Source: Candidatus Nanoarchaeia archaeon (GTDB lineage: Archaea; Nanobdellota; Nanobdellia; SCGC-AAA011-G17; JAGVZF01). From it: a stretch of DNA of 64,000 nt. The DNA is taken from contig DATDYQ010000104.1 in assembly GCA_035288965.1 (NCBI GenBank), forward strand, positions 10,089 through 74,088. Reading direction: 5' to 3'. The stretch's first letter is position 1, and each line of letters starts with the position of its first letter. Below are positions 1 to 9,590 of the stretch, piece after piece. The notes under the pieces are model-generated. The model saw nothing but the letters and a program-made list of their open reading frames with translations. It was not told where the DNA came from and searched no databases. The translations under genes were made by a program, and so were the position numbers.

Positions 1-13
1 CATTTTTGGCTTA

Positions 14-262
14 ATGACCACATTTATTTCATTAAGTTATTTAATAGCATATTACAACATCTCAATCAATAAGATAAGATTTTTAATAATCCTGTTTGTT
101 TTTGACATATTAGAAATACTCCTAATATGGTTCTTCCATAATAGCTTAGCTACAGTTATATACATATTATTATTCATGATGATTACATTATTTATTATCT
201 TATTTACATTATTTTATATATCAAAAGAGCGATATCACAAAACTACTATAAAAAATTATTAA
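14..262 (+). CDS. Hydrophobic small ORF. It is probably the 3' part of a membrane-protein gene that runs off the left edge, because the reading frame is open back to nt 2.
   Basis: All-hydrophobic translation with no stop upstream in frame. No recognisable family. Confidence 0.25.
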   Translation: MTTFISLSYLIAYYNISINKIRFLIILFVFDILEILLIWFFHNSLATVIYILLFMMITLFIILFTLFYISKERYHKTTIKNY

Positions 263-263
263 A

Positions 264-1004
264 TTATTTATATCCACCATTTCTTACAGCCTTTAAATGC
301 CAAGCCGTACTCATTCTCGGTCTTGTTGCCTGACTTCCTATACACACTGCCCAAGCTCCATATTTCATAGCCAAATAACATTGTTCAGGTTCTCTTATTC
401 TACCCTCTGCAATTATTGGAGTGTTATTAAATCTCCCGGTAAGTTTTTTTAAAAGATCAAAATCAGGTTCATATTCATACCATCTATGTACTTTAAGTTT
501 TTTTTCTGTATTTTGAGTGTATCCGGAAAGAGTTGTGCCAACAATATCAACATGCCCAATATTTATTGCTCGGTTAGCTTCTTCAAAAGTAGCTATGTCT
601 GCCATAAATATTTTATCTTGAAACAATTTTTTTGCAGTAAAATATAATTCTAAACTTAACATTCCATTTGGTCTTAATCTATCAGTCATATCTAATGACA
701 CAATATCTGCTCCTGCTTGAAAAATTCTTGAAATGTCGTCTATGCTCTCTGTAATCAATACCCTGTTATCAGCGTACTGTGATTTGGTAATACCAATAAT
801 TATACTTTCAGGATTTAGATATCTTGTTTGTGCAATGTTTTCAATGCCACAAATACGAACAGCACAAGCTCCTGCCTTTAAAACTTCTTTAGCCATTCTT
901 GATATATCTCTTGGTTCATAAAGTTGACTTCCCTTCTCTGGTTCTGCTTGACAAGATACGATTAATCCATCTTTAAGTTGCATTATCTTTTCTTCTTTGT
1001 TCAT
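264..1004 (-). CDS. nanE: N-acetylmannosamine-6-phosphate 2-epimerase (NanE family)
   Basis: Motifs GLIVSCQ, IIGI, GADIV, DxTxRxRP, GTTLSGYT, IAEGR and GAWAV..GS.ATRP align with E. coli NanE along the full length. Confidence 0.85.
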   Translation of the reverse strand: MNKEEKIMQLKDGLIVSCQAEPEKGSQLYEPRDISRMAKEVLKAGACAVRICGIENIAQTRYLNPESIIIGITKSQYADNRVLITESIDDISRIFQAGADIVSLDMTDRLRPNGMLSLELYFTAKKLFQDKIFMADIATFEEANRAINIGHVDIVGTTLSGYTQNTEKKLKVHRWYEYEPDFDLLKKLTGRFNNTPIIAEGRIREPEQCYLAMKYGAWAVCIGSQATRPRMSTAWHLKAVRNGGYK

Positions 1005-2332
1005 CTTTTGTCTATTTCTAATTTATGTTTATCATATTGTGCAACTATTTTTCCATAAGAAAATAAATCCACTTTAGGATTGTTTCTTGGTAATAAAATA
1101 CTTCTTGTTTCAGTATAATCTGTTATAAGAGCTATAGAAATTGGGGCATTTGTCCATCCAGTATACATACTACTAATTCCTCCTTCTACTCTATCTTCTC
1201 CACCCCAAGTTTTTCTTTTAGCATCATAAGATCCAAGCCAAGCGCCATCTGTCTTTGCGAAATCAGATTTATTTTGTATTGAAGTTAAGAACTCTAATGA
1301 TTTTTTTACAGATTCTCTTGCTTTTTTATCATCTGTAAATTGTGTATATGATTGTAAACCTAAAGTAGCCCAATTCTGTCCATAAACTAAATCAGCTATA
1401 TGTTCACCACTACTTCCTTCCCACCATTCACCAGGCCAATGTCCATCTTCACTTTGTCTTGAAATTAAATATTTAGCTACAATATCTAGACCCCTTATTA
1501 CCTTATCATCTTTAGTTACATCGGCAACAGTAGATGCTTCCATCACAAAATATCCACAATTTGAAAGATCATAAGGTTGTTCTCTTTTTCCTTTATCAAA
1601 ATCATCTATAGCTTCCAAATCTTTCTGAAGAGAATTTAATGATTCATCTTTAAACCTTTCATCTTCAGTTAAGCCGTAAACATATGCCAATGCCATAGCT
1701 CTCATTCCCCCCCAATGCGGCATCCCATCCATTTTATTTCTTGCATATTTATCTAATATCTCTCTTTTATCAAGCAAAGATTGAGCTGCAAGAAGTGAAT
1801 AATCTCTTAATTCATCTGAATATCCATTTGCCCATAATGCTAAAGGTAAGATTACAGCCCAGCTATTATCATCAGGCCATTTTTTATCCCAAAAATATTT
1901 ATTATCTTTATAATGTCTTACTGTGGGATTTTTTTCTACGATCATCTTAACTGGAAAAGCATAATCAAAAGTTAATCCATGAGCAAAAAGTCCAAATTCT
2001 GAATGATCTAATCTGTTTTCTTGAAAAGGAGTTTCTTTTATAAATTTTAACAAGTTATCTGATACATATTTATATCCCCTAGAAGGAAATAAATTATCTG
2101 CTAATGCAAATAATGTTGCTGTTTGCAATACACAATCTACCCTTACATATTTAAATAATCCATCTTGTTGAAGTCTATTTCCATTTACAATAGGATGTTC
2201 TCTATCCAGTAGTCTCGCTCTTTCACAAACACCCTCTAAACCATCTTTAAGTAAAACGCCAGAGTTTCTAAACCATCTTAAATTTCTATCTATCACTGCT
2301 AAGTTATCCATATAATTAATTATATCTCCCAA
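1001..2332 (-). CDS. (alpha/alpha)-toroid repeat protein with prenyltransferase/squalene-cyclase-like 'Q..DG.W' repeats. It could be N-acylglucosamine-2-epimerase-like. Function unknown.
   Basis: Repeated SRQSEDGHWPGEWWEGSSGE and KTDGAWLGSY type motifs. The 4-nt overlap with nanE suggests an operon. Confidence 0.4.
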   Translation of the reverse strand: MGDIINYMDNLAVIDRNLRWFRNSGVLLKDGLEGVCERARLLDREHPIVNGNRLQQDGLFKYVRVDCVLQTATLFALADNLFPSRGYKYVSDNLLKFIKETPFQENRLDHSEFGLFAHGLTFDYAFPVKMIVEKNPTVRHYKDNKYFWDKKWPDDNSWAVILPLALWANGYSDELRDYSLLAAQSLLDKREILDKYARNKMDGMPHWGGMRAMALAYVYGLTEDERFKDESLNSLQKDLEAIDDFDKGKREQPYDLSNCGYFVMEASTVADVTKDDKVIRGLDIVAKYLISRQSEDGHWPGEWWEGSSGEHIADLVYGQNWATLGLQSYTQFTDDKKARESVKKSLEFLTSIQNKSDFAKTDGAWLGSYDAKRKTWGGEDRVEGGISSMYTGWTNAPISIALITDYTETRSILLPRNNPKVDLFSYGKIVAQYDKHKLEIDKR

Positions 2333-2382
2333 AAATATATAAGCTTTCCCATACCATTATTAATAATGAGTAAAACTTAAAT

Positions 2383-3726
2383 ATGTCCTCAACTAAACAA
2401 TTGTTAAGAAAAATGAAGGTAAGTCTTGTTTTCCCTAGAATGAAATACCAAACTGGAGATCCTCCCCTAGGTATGGCTTTATTAGCAGGTAATTTAAGAA
2501 AAAATGGATTTGGAGTAGAAATAATAGATACAACTTTTCATCAATCTCTAGATTATGTTAAAGAAAGATTAACCTCGTTTAATCCAGACTGGGTTGCTAT
2601 TTATTCAGACACAATGATGTATAATGATTGTATTAAAATTTCTGAAATGGCAAAAGAAATGGGTAAAAAAGTTATTCTAGGTGGTCCACATCCTACTTTA
2701 AAACCAGAAACTCTAATTGATCATGGAGATTATCTAGTACAGGGAGAGGCAGAAGTTACAATAATAGATGTAATCAATGGAAAATTTAATGGTACAAAGA
2801 TAGTAAAGGGAGTTCCTGCAGATATAGAAACTTTGCCAATGGCAACATATGATTTACTAGAAATGAAGGAATATATTAAGAGATGGCATTTGCTAGATAG
2901 CATTAATCCTGATCTTCATGGCACTAGTATGTTTTCGGCTCGTGGTTGTTCTTTTAGATGCACATTTTGTCAACCAGTTTTAGATAAACTCTTTGGTAGA
3001 TTATTCAGAACAAGAAGTGTTGATAGTATAATTCAAGAACTAAAATATCTAAAAGAAAATGTTGGTATCAAAGCATTTTTCTTCCAAGATGATACATTTA
3101 CATTAAAAAAGATATGGATACGTGAATTTTGTAAAAGAATGATAGATGAAAAACTCGACTTATTGTGGGGTTGTAATTCCCGTATTGATTTAATTGATAA
3201 GGAAATAATGCAAACAATGTACAATGCTGGTCTAAGAGTCATGCACATGGGTCTTGAATCTGGAAGTCAAAGAGTTTTAGATGAAATATATCATAAAGAT
3301 ATCAAATTAGAAGGAATTCCTGAAAAAATAGCTTTGGCAGAAAAAATTGGCATTCATTGTTTATGCTTCTTTATGCTAGGTGCTCCAGGTGAAACAAGAG
3401 AAGAAATCGAAAAAACAATAAAATTTGCTGCCTCTCTTGATGCTACAGAAATAACCGCCACAATTGCAACTCCATTGCCTGGAACTTATCTATATGATGC
3501 AATAAAAGACAAATATAAAATTACTACAGATTTCGATAATTTTGATTATTATAAAAACAGCGCTTTCGAAAATCCTGATGTAAATTTCAAAGAGCTTAAA
3601 TGGTTACAGAAAAAATTATTATTTAAATTTTATACAAATCCAAAAAGGTGGGGTTATATTGGTAAGCATCTCACCCATCCAAGTGGATATGGAAAAATGG
3701 TAAAGAAAATTGCTAGATTCCTATAA
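2383..3726 (+). CDS. B12-binding (class B) radical SAM enzyme
   Basis: N-terminal cobalamin-binding-like domain, then CSFRCTFC (CxxxCxxC) and 'LGLESGS'. Confidence 0.8.
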   Translation: MSSTKQLLRKMKVSLVFPRMKYQTGDPPLGMALLAGNLRKNGFGVEIIDTTFHQSLDYVKERLTSFNPDWVAIYSDTMMYNDCIKISEMAKEMGKKVILGGPHPTLKPETLIDHGDYLVQGEAEVTIIDVINGKFNGTKIVKGVPADIETLPMATYDLLEMKEYIKRWHLLDSINPDLHGTSMFSARGCSFRCTFCQPVLDKLFGRLFRTRSVDSIIQELKYLKENVGIKAFFFQDDTFTLKKIWIREFCKRMIDEKLDLLWGCNSRIDLIDKEIMQTMYNAGLRVMHMGLESGSQRVLDEIYHKDIKLEGIPEKIALAEKIGIHCLCFFMLGAPGETREEIEKTIKFAASLDATEITATIATPLPGTYLYDAIKDKYKITTDFDNFDYYKNSAFENPDVNFKELKWLQKKLLFKFYTNPKRWGYIGKHLTHPSGYGKMVKKIARFL

Positions 3727-5181
3727 TTATCTAATAAACAACCAACTATTGCTTAGCACCCAAGGTACTGTAAATATTATATTTGATATTATCATTATCA
3801 AAAATACTTGCCTCGCTACATCTTTATTTACATAATTTAATAATACATAAGCACTTAAAATTCCATAGATAAATGCAGCCGGAGAAAATAAATCCCAGCC
3901 TAATTTTTCTTGATATTCTATATTCAATGTTATTGTAAATAAGAAAAAGAAGCTTAACATTATCAATAAAAACATAACCACATTATCTTTAAAATTGATT
4001 TTTTTCCTATGTGTTAGAAACAATAAAACAAACAGCAATAAACCCACCCCTGCAGCTAATATATTCTCATTAAAGGAATAAGTAAAATGTTCAAAAGATA
4101 TCATCATATACTTTTCCCATGGAGATTTATATTCAAATAAAGGTAAAAACATAATTCCATCTCCCCCACCAAATGTATTTCCCACTTTTACCTTTTCTAT
4201 ATCAGTAACATGAATCCCGAAACTTGTATATAGATTAAATTCTATATAAACAAAAAATAATATTGTTAAAATAACAAAAGGAGCTATAAATCTGATAAAT
4301 TTTATGTTAAATACTCCTTTAAAAAAATTATTAATATTTAATTTCTTAATTCCAGAATCTACGAAATAAAGGTATAACAACGATGGTAATATCCAAAATG
4401 CAGCCAAATGACTCCAGAAAGATAGCCACATTGCTATTGTAGGATATATTAATTTAGTATTTTTCTTAAGATAATAGATAGAAACTAAGATGTATAAAAA
4501 CATTGTAAATGCTAATCTAGAAGTTCCCTCCCACCATCCAAAGAAAAACTCTATTGTTCCCATACTTCCTATAAACATAAACACAAAAAATCTTTCTATT
4601 TTGTCTTTCCCTAAAAGATTAGATAATAAGAATAATAGAATAATAAAGAAAAACCCTATAATATTCACAAAGAAACTAGTTGATTTAACAGGTTCCCACC
4701 CAGCTATAGGACTTGTTACTTTGTAAAATAAATAATCGCTATAAGAACTTATTGGTGAACTCATAAAAAACCTAGATGCTGGAATCGTAAATGCCTCTTT
4801 AGGTAAAATGCCGGCATCCCCCAAACCATAATTAACGATTTGAAATAAAAAAAATATTATAAAAAACGTAAAAGCAACTAAAATGTATCCCTTAATGTTT
4901 CTTTTTGCAAATAAACTATCTATAATTCTACTGTTTTCCAATCCATTTAATATCTTCTTCTGAATCTTTGGGATTGCAATAATGATTAATATAATCAATC
5001 CAATTAATGTCCATAAAAATTCAATCCAAGCCGGAATTGTTAAATTCAAAAAACCCCAAATTAAATAATTAAATTTACTAACCCCAAATATATTTAATAA
5101 AGTTCCAATTAACTTAATCAAAACAATTATAATTGCTACGGTTAGTACACTATTTTTTAATTTACTCATGTTCCTTTCCAC
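3727..5181 (-). CDS. Polytopic integral membrane protein. It may be a glycan polymerase or a GT-C-like enzyme.
   Basis: At least 12 hydrophobic segments. No WWDYG (AglB) motif. Confidence 0.5.
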   Translation of the reverse strand: MERNMSKLKNSVLTVAIIIVLIKLIGTLLNIFGVSKFNYLIWGFLNLTIPAWIEFLWTLIGLIILIIIAIPKIQKKILNGLENSRIIDSLFAKRNIKGYILVAFTFFIIFFLFQIVNYGLGDAGILPKEAFTIPASRFFMSSPISSYSDYLFYKVTSPIAGWEPVKSTSFFVNIIGFFFIILLFLLSNLLGKDKIERFFVFMFIGSMGTIEFFFGWWEGTSRLAFTMFLYILVSIYYLKKNTKLIYPTIAMWLSFWSHLAAFWILPSLLYLYFVDSGIKKLNINNFFKGVFNIKFIRFIAPFVILTILFFVYIEFNLYTSFGIHVTDIEKVKVGNTFGGGDGIMFLPLFEYKSPWEKYMMISFEHFTYSFNENILAAGVGLLLFVLLFLTHRKKINFKDNVVMFLLIMLSFFFLFTITLNIEYQEKLGWDLFSPAAFIYGILSAYVLLNYVNKDVARQVFLIMIISNIIFTVPWVLSNSWLFIR

Positions 5182-5279
5182 TTAAAAAGAAAATATAAAA
5201 TAATATCAAGCATATTACTAATACAAACAATCCACTCTCATAATTCAAATTCCAATATTTTATTATATAGTTTGTTAGA

Positions 5280-6539
5280 CTACTCATCTTTTATCTTAGT
5301 TGTTTTTATTATTATATCAACAAGCCAGTGTATTTTTACACTTTCTATCTTAAATCCGTGTCTCTCTATATCTTCTAAAAATTTTTTCTTTGAGAATTTC
5401 TCATCATGTGTATCTTTCCACATATCACCTACACTTCTGGTCCATAACCACCAAAACATATTAAATAAGGTATTTTCATTTGGGACAGATATAACCAATG
5501 TTCCATCTTTTCTTAATACCCTATTGATATTGTTTAAAGCTAAATCTCTATCTTCTACATGCTCTAAAACTTCCATTGCTGTTATTGCATCAAAGCTATT
5601 TGGTTTAAATGGTATATCTGTTATACTTCCTCGTTTAAAATTAAATCCTTTGCAATCCTTAACATCCATTCCAATTCCATGACCTAAAAATCTAATAAAA
5701 CTCCCATCTTTCATTGAATTACAAGGCTTTCCGCATCCTATATCCAATAAATCCTTTTTATCAGGTAATAATCTTCTAACTTTTCTATATCTTGCATAAT
5801 GATAGCTTTCTCTTAATCTATTAAACATCGGATTAAATAATTTTTTTCTTATTTTATATAAATACAGATCTCCAAGTTGCGTTACATATTCCATATTTTG
5901 CTTCATTCCAAGTTTACTTTTTCCATCAGTCCTATTCTTAAACATATAGGGAATTTCGATTGCTTTGTTATAATTTCCTTTGGCCAATATTTCCAAGCCA
6001 ATCTTATAGCCTCTAGGAACCAATCTTGTTTCTTCTATAACCTCTCTTTTAAAGAAAAAAAATCCAGACATAGGATCTTTAATGTTTGTAACAGGTTTAG
6101 CTAAAATTGTGGCAATCCTTGATGTTAATCTTCTTTGTTCAGGCCAATTAGTTACTCCTCCTCCTTCTATTAGTCTACTTCCTATTGTAATCTCCGCCTC
6201 ATCATTTAATATCGGTTTAACCATATCAAAAATCTTTTCAGCAGGATGACTTAGATCAGCATCCATAAAACCTATAATCTCTCCCTTAGAAATATCAATC
6301 CCATCCAAAACAGCAGATGCTAATCCTTTCTTATCTTTTCTGCATATTGCATTAATGTTATATTTCTTATCTTTCTTTATTTTATTTACAATATCAAATG
6401 TTCCATCTCTGCTATTATCATCAATTATAACAACCTCAAGTTTAAGCTTGTTTTTTTTAGAAACTAAAAATATATCATCTAATAATCTTCCAATATTATC
6501 ACTCTCATTTAAGGTAGGTATAATCAAAGATATATTCAT
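5280..6539 (-). CDS. Fusion protein with an N-terminal GT2 (dolichyl-phosphate sugar synthase-like) domain and a C-terminal class I SAM methyltransferase domain.
   Basis: N-terminus IIPTLNESDNIGRLL...VIIDDNSRDGT...DADLSHP (DPM1-like). C-terminus LLDIGCGKP...VLEHVED...LRKDGTLVISVPN (MTase motifs I-III). Confidence 0.75.
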   Translation of the reverse strand: MNISLIIPTLNESDNIGRLLDDIFLVSKKNKLKLEVVIIDDNSRDGTFDIVNKIKKDKKYNINAICRKDKKGLASAVLDGIDISKGEIIGFMDADLSHPAEKIFDMVKPILNDEAEITIGSRLIEGGGVTNWPEQRRLTSRIATILAKPVTNIKDPMSGFFFFKREVIEETRLVPRGYKIGLEILAKGNYNKAIEIPYMFKNRTDGKSKLGMKQNMEYVTQLGDLYLYKIRKKLFNPMFNRLRESYHYARYRKVRRLLPDKKDLLDIGCGKPCNSMKDGSFIRFLGHGIGMDVKDCKGFNFKRGSITDIPFKPNSFDAITAMEVLEHVEDRDLALNNINRVLRKDGTLVISVPNENTLFNMFWWLWTRSVGDMWKDTHDEKFSKKKFLEDIERHGFKIESVKIHWLVDIIIKTTKIKDE

Positions 6540-6634
6540 TTTATCCCCTTACTTTAATTAAATTTAAAAAGCTTTCTGTAATATTATAATATAACTGTTG
6601 CATATTATATATCTATAAAAACAAGAATTGGGTT

Positions 6635-7177
6635 ATGCATAAAATGCGTTTAAAATGCTTAAATTTGGGTAGTGGGAAGAGTTATAAGAAAAGTAACGAA
6701 AAAGAAGAATGGGTAAACATTGATATTAATCCTGATTGGCATCCAGATATTTTACATGATTTAAGCAAATTTCCCTATCCATTTAAAGATAACACTTTTA
6801 ATTTGGTATTCGCAGATAATATCTTAGAACATTTTGACGGCTTACAACTAAAAAAAGTGCTTATTGAAATAGGAAGAATATTAAAAGAAGACGGAAAATT
6901 AAAAGCTATTGTCCCGCATTTTTCTAATGCTTCAGCTTACCAAATAAATCATAAAATGTTTTTCCAATCAAATTTTTTTCATGAAAGGAATATTTCAAAT
7001 GTTAAAGTATTAAGTGTTAGGTTAATGCTAACTCAAAATAAATTTCTTAGTTTTCTAAATTATATCGCAAATGTTAACCCATTTGTCTGGGAAAGATTTT
7101 TCTGCTATTATTATCCAATCCAAATGATTCATTTTGAATTAAAGATTATTAAAGATAAAGATAACAAGATAAGATAA
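6635..7177 (+). CDS. SAM-dependent methyltransferase (type 11-like)
   Basis: LNLGSGKSY, VFADNILEHF and EDGKLKAIVP motifs. Confidence 0.55.
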   Translation: MHKMRLKCLNLGSGKSYKKSNEKEEWVNIDINPDWHPDILHDLSKFPYPFKDNTFNLVFADNILEHFDGLQLKKVLIEIGRILKEDGKLKAIVPHFSNASAYQINHKMFFQSNFFHERNISNVKVLSVRLMLTQNKFLSFLNYIANVNPFVWERFFCYYYPIQMIHFELKIIKDKDNKIR

Positions 7178-7252
7178 CGCTAAAATATATATTTCACAAT
7201 AATAAATTTCTCATCAAATGATTTATAATACTTTTTATCATCTATTTTATCA

Positions 7253-8017
7253 ATGGAAACCTTATCTCTAATCATTCCTGCATATAATGAAGAACATAGA
7301 ATAGGAAAAACACTAGATTATTATTCATCTTATCTTTCTTCAAGGTTAAAAGATTTTGAAATTATCATAGTTTTAAATGGTTGCAAAGATAATACCTTAA
7401 GTGTTGTTTTAAATTATCAAAAAAAATATCCTAAAATAATTAAATATCTTAATTTTACTGATCCTATAGGAAAAGGCCCTGCAGTTATTGAAGGTTTTAA
7501 AGCAGCGAATAAGGAATTTATTGGTTTTGTTGATGCGGATATGTCAACACCGCCAGAAGCCTTCTATGATCTTGTTTTAAAGATGAATGGTTATGATGGT
7601 ATATTGGCCTCAAGATGGGTTAAAGGAGCTACAATCCCAATAAAGCAAAAAATTTCGCGTAGAATAGCTTCAAGGTCTTTTAACATTTTGGTAAGAATAT
7701 TATTTAACTTAAATGTAAATGATACTCAATGTGGTTGTAAGTTATTCAAAAAAGATGCAATCAAATCTATTGTTAATAATATCGGCAAAACAAAATGGGC
7801 TTTTGATATAGATGTTTTATATAAATTAAATAAAAAAGGTTATAAAGTGACCGAAATTCCAACATATTGGAGTGATGCAAAAGACTCTCATTTAAATGTC
7901 GCAAAAACAAGTATAGAGATGTTTTTGTCAATAATAAGACTAAGGTTAATTTACTCAAATCTTGAAGTAATAGTTAAATCATACAATAAAATCCATGATT
8001 TAATTTTAAAAAAATGA
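7253..8017 (+). CDS. GT2 glycosyltransferase (dolichyl-phosphate hexose synthase-like)
   Basis: LSLIIPAYNEEHRIGKTLD, VLNGCKDNT and VDADMSTPPE. Confidence 0.75.
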   Translation: METLSLIIPAYNEEHRIGKTLDYYSSYLSSRLKDFEIIIVLNGCKDNTLSVVLNYQKKYPKIIKYLNFTDPIGKGPAVIEGFKAANKEFIGFVDADMSTPPEAFYDLVLKMNGYDGILASRWVKGATIPIKQKISRRIASRSFNILVRILFNLNVNDTQCGCKLFKKDAIKSIVNNIGKTKWAFDIDVLYKLNKKGYKVTEIPTYWSDAKDSHLNVAKTSIEMFLSIIRLRLIYSNLEVIVKSYNKIHDLILKK

Positions 8018-9060
8018 AAATATTAACAATATTATTGCCTGGAATAGGAAATACCTTATTATTTACCCCAACATTAAGATCATTAAAGAAACATTTTCCC
8101 AATTCGGAAATCACAGCTTTGGTAATGTATAAAGGCTCACAAGAGATATTGGAAGGAAATCCATATGTTGATAAAATAATATTTTATCCATTCATGAAAA
8201 GGGGGCACATTAAATCACTATTTTTTGTGCTAAAACAAAGATTTCAAAACTATGATATATCCATTTTAGCTTATCCTGCCAATAGATTTCAATATTCTCT
8301 TATTGGATTTTTAATAGGGGCAAAAACTAAGATAACTCATTTATATGATCATAATAAATTATTCTCTGCAAGTTTCTTTTATTCTAAAAAACTTCCCTTG
8401 GATAAAAATTTACATGAAGTAGAAGAAAATTTAAACTTGTTAAAACTATTAAATATAAATGCTCTAGAAGAAGATAAGTCAATTTTTCTAAAGTTAGATA
8501 AAGAACATGAAAATTTTACATCAGATTTTATAAAAACGAATAAACTAAAGGGGAAAAAATTAGTTGGTATTCATGCTGGCTCTTCTGTTTTATCTGGAAT
8601 GATAAACAAAAGATGGCCAAAGGAAAGATTTATTTCGTTAATAGACAAACTATCAAATAAAAATACCATCTGCTTATTATTTGGTGGAAATGACGAAGCT
8701 GATTTAAAAGAATGGATATATAAAAACACAAAAAATAAACCTATATTGGTTAATACTCCTTCAGTAAAACATTCTGCATCTTTAATTAAGAAATGTAACC
8801 TGTTTATTTCAAATGATACTGCATTAATGCACATAGCAGGAGCATTAAATACCCCAACAATAATTCTTGTTGGCCCTGTTGCGAGGAAGACATTACCTCA
8901 GGGAGATATTCACACCGCAATATTTAAAAATCTACCCTGTCAGCCTTGTTACAGAATCGGGGACACAATGAAATGTGTCTTAAATATAAATTATAAATGT
9001 CTTAAAGATATAACAGTAGATGAGGTTTACAATATAGCATGGAAGAAATTAAGGGTATAA
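8014..9060 (+). CDS. GT9 family glycosyltransferase (heptosyltransferase-like)
   Basis: MKILTILLPGIGNTLLFTPTLRSLKKHFPNSEITALV at the N-terminus and SNDTALMHIAGALNTPTIILVGP at the C-terminus, the canonical GT9 signatures. Confidence 0.8.
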   Translation: MKILTILLPGIGNTLLFTPTLRSLKKHFPNSEITALVMYKGSQEILEGNPYVDKIIFYPFMKRGHIKSLFFVLKQRFQNYDISILAYPANRFQYSLIGFLIGAKTKITHLYDHNKLFSASFFYSKKLPLDKNLHEVEENLNLLKLLNINALEEDKSIFLKLDKEHENFTSDFIKTNKLKGKKLVGIHAGSSVLSGMINKRWPKERFISLIDKLSNKNTICLLFGGNDEADLKEWIYKNTKNKPILVNTPSVKHSASLIKKCNLFISNDTALMHIAGALNTPTIILVGPVARKTLPQGDIHTAIFKNLPCQPCYRIGDTMKCVLNINYKCLKDITVDEVYNIAWKKLRV

Positions 9061-9590
9061 CAACAATAGAAAAAGATTCTTTTTGTGTTCAACAGCAAAA
9101 TAGAATTATTAGGGACACAATAGAATTAATTAATAAAAAAGAGCTTAACATATTACAATTAGGTTGCAATTTTATTGAAAATTCATTATTACTAACAAAA
9201 AACGAAAAATATAAGATAATCTTAATCGATGATAAAAATGAAACAATTAATTCCGATAAATTAAACATTTCAAAATCATCATTAACAAAAACGAACTTTG
9301 AGGATAACACTTTTGATCTAACATTTAACATAGATATAATAAATAAAACCCAAGATCCATTAAATATAATTAAAGAAATGGTAAGGATAACAAGAAAATA
9401 TGGTATGATCTTATTAATATTTCCAGGTGATTTTGATATAAAAAAGGTAATAAAAGATATAAACATTAATTTAATAGATGTAAAAATTCCAAATTTAGAT
9501 GCAAAGCTAGCTGAATATGGGAACTTCAAAACTTCAAAAAATCCCTTAAGTAAAAGTGGGAAAAATTATTTAATAATGTTCAAGGTTTAG
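9039..9590 (+). CDS. Hypothetical protein with a degenerate Rossmann/methyltransferase-like fold
   Basis: ILQLGCN, FDLTF and RKYGMILLIFPGD. Weak. Confidence 0.35.
   Translation: MEEIKGITTIEKDSFCVQQQNRIIRDTIELINKKELNILQLGCNFIENSLLLTKNEKYKIILIDDKNETINSDKLNISKSSLTKTNFEDNTFDLTFNIDIINKTQDPLNIIKEMVRITRKYGMILLIFPGDFDIKKVIKDININLIDVKIPNLDAKLAEYGNFKTSKNPLSKSGKNYLIMFKV

Noticed and set aside
733-921. Short ORFs (60-125 aa) in the supplied track that lie antisense inside, or out of frame within, long well-supported genes. Examples are 733-921, 1741-1950, 3033-3248, 4490-4726, 8571-8834, 9089-9529, 14429-14776, 24041-24367 and 57189-57721.
   Set aside because: They have low-complexity, hydrophobic or Ile/Leu/Phe-rich translations of the kind expected from reverse strands of AT-rich coding DNA. 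They have no RBS, and they are fully contained in confident CDSs.
3727-5181. AglB/STT3 oligosaccharyltransferase among the large polytopic membrane proteins (3727, 9580, 32042, 40535)
   Set aside because: None contains the WWDYG motif or a large C-terminal periplasmic domain of the STT3 type. 9580 and 40535 look ArnT/PMT-like (GT-C) instead.
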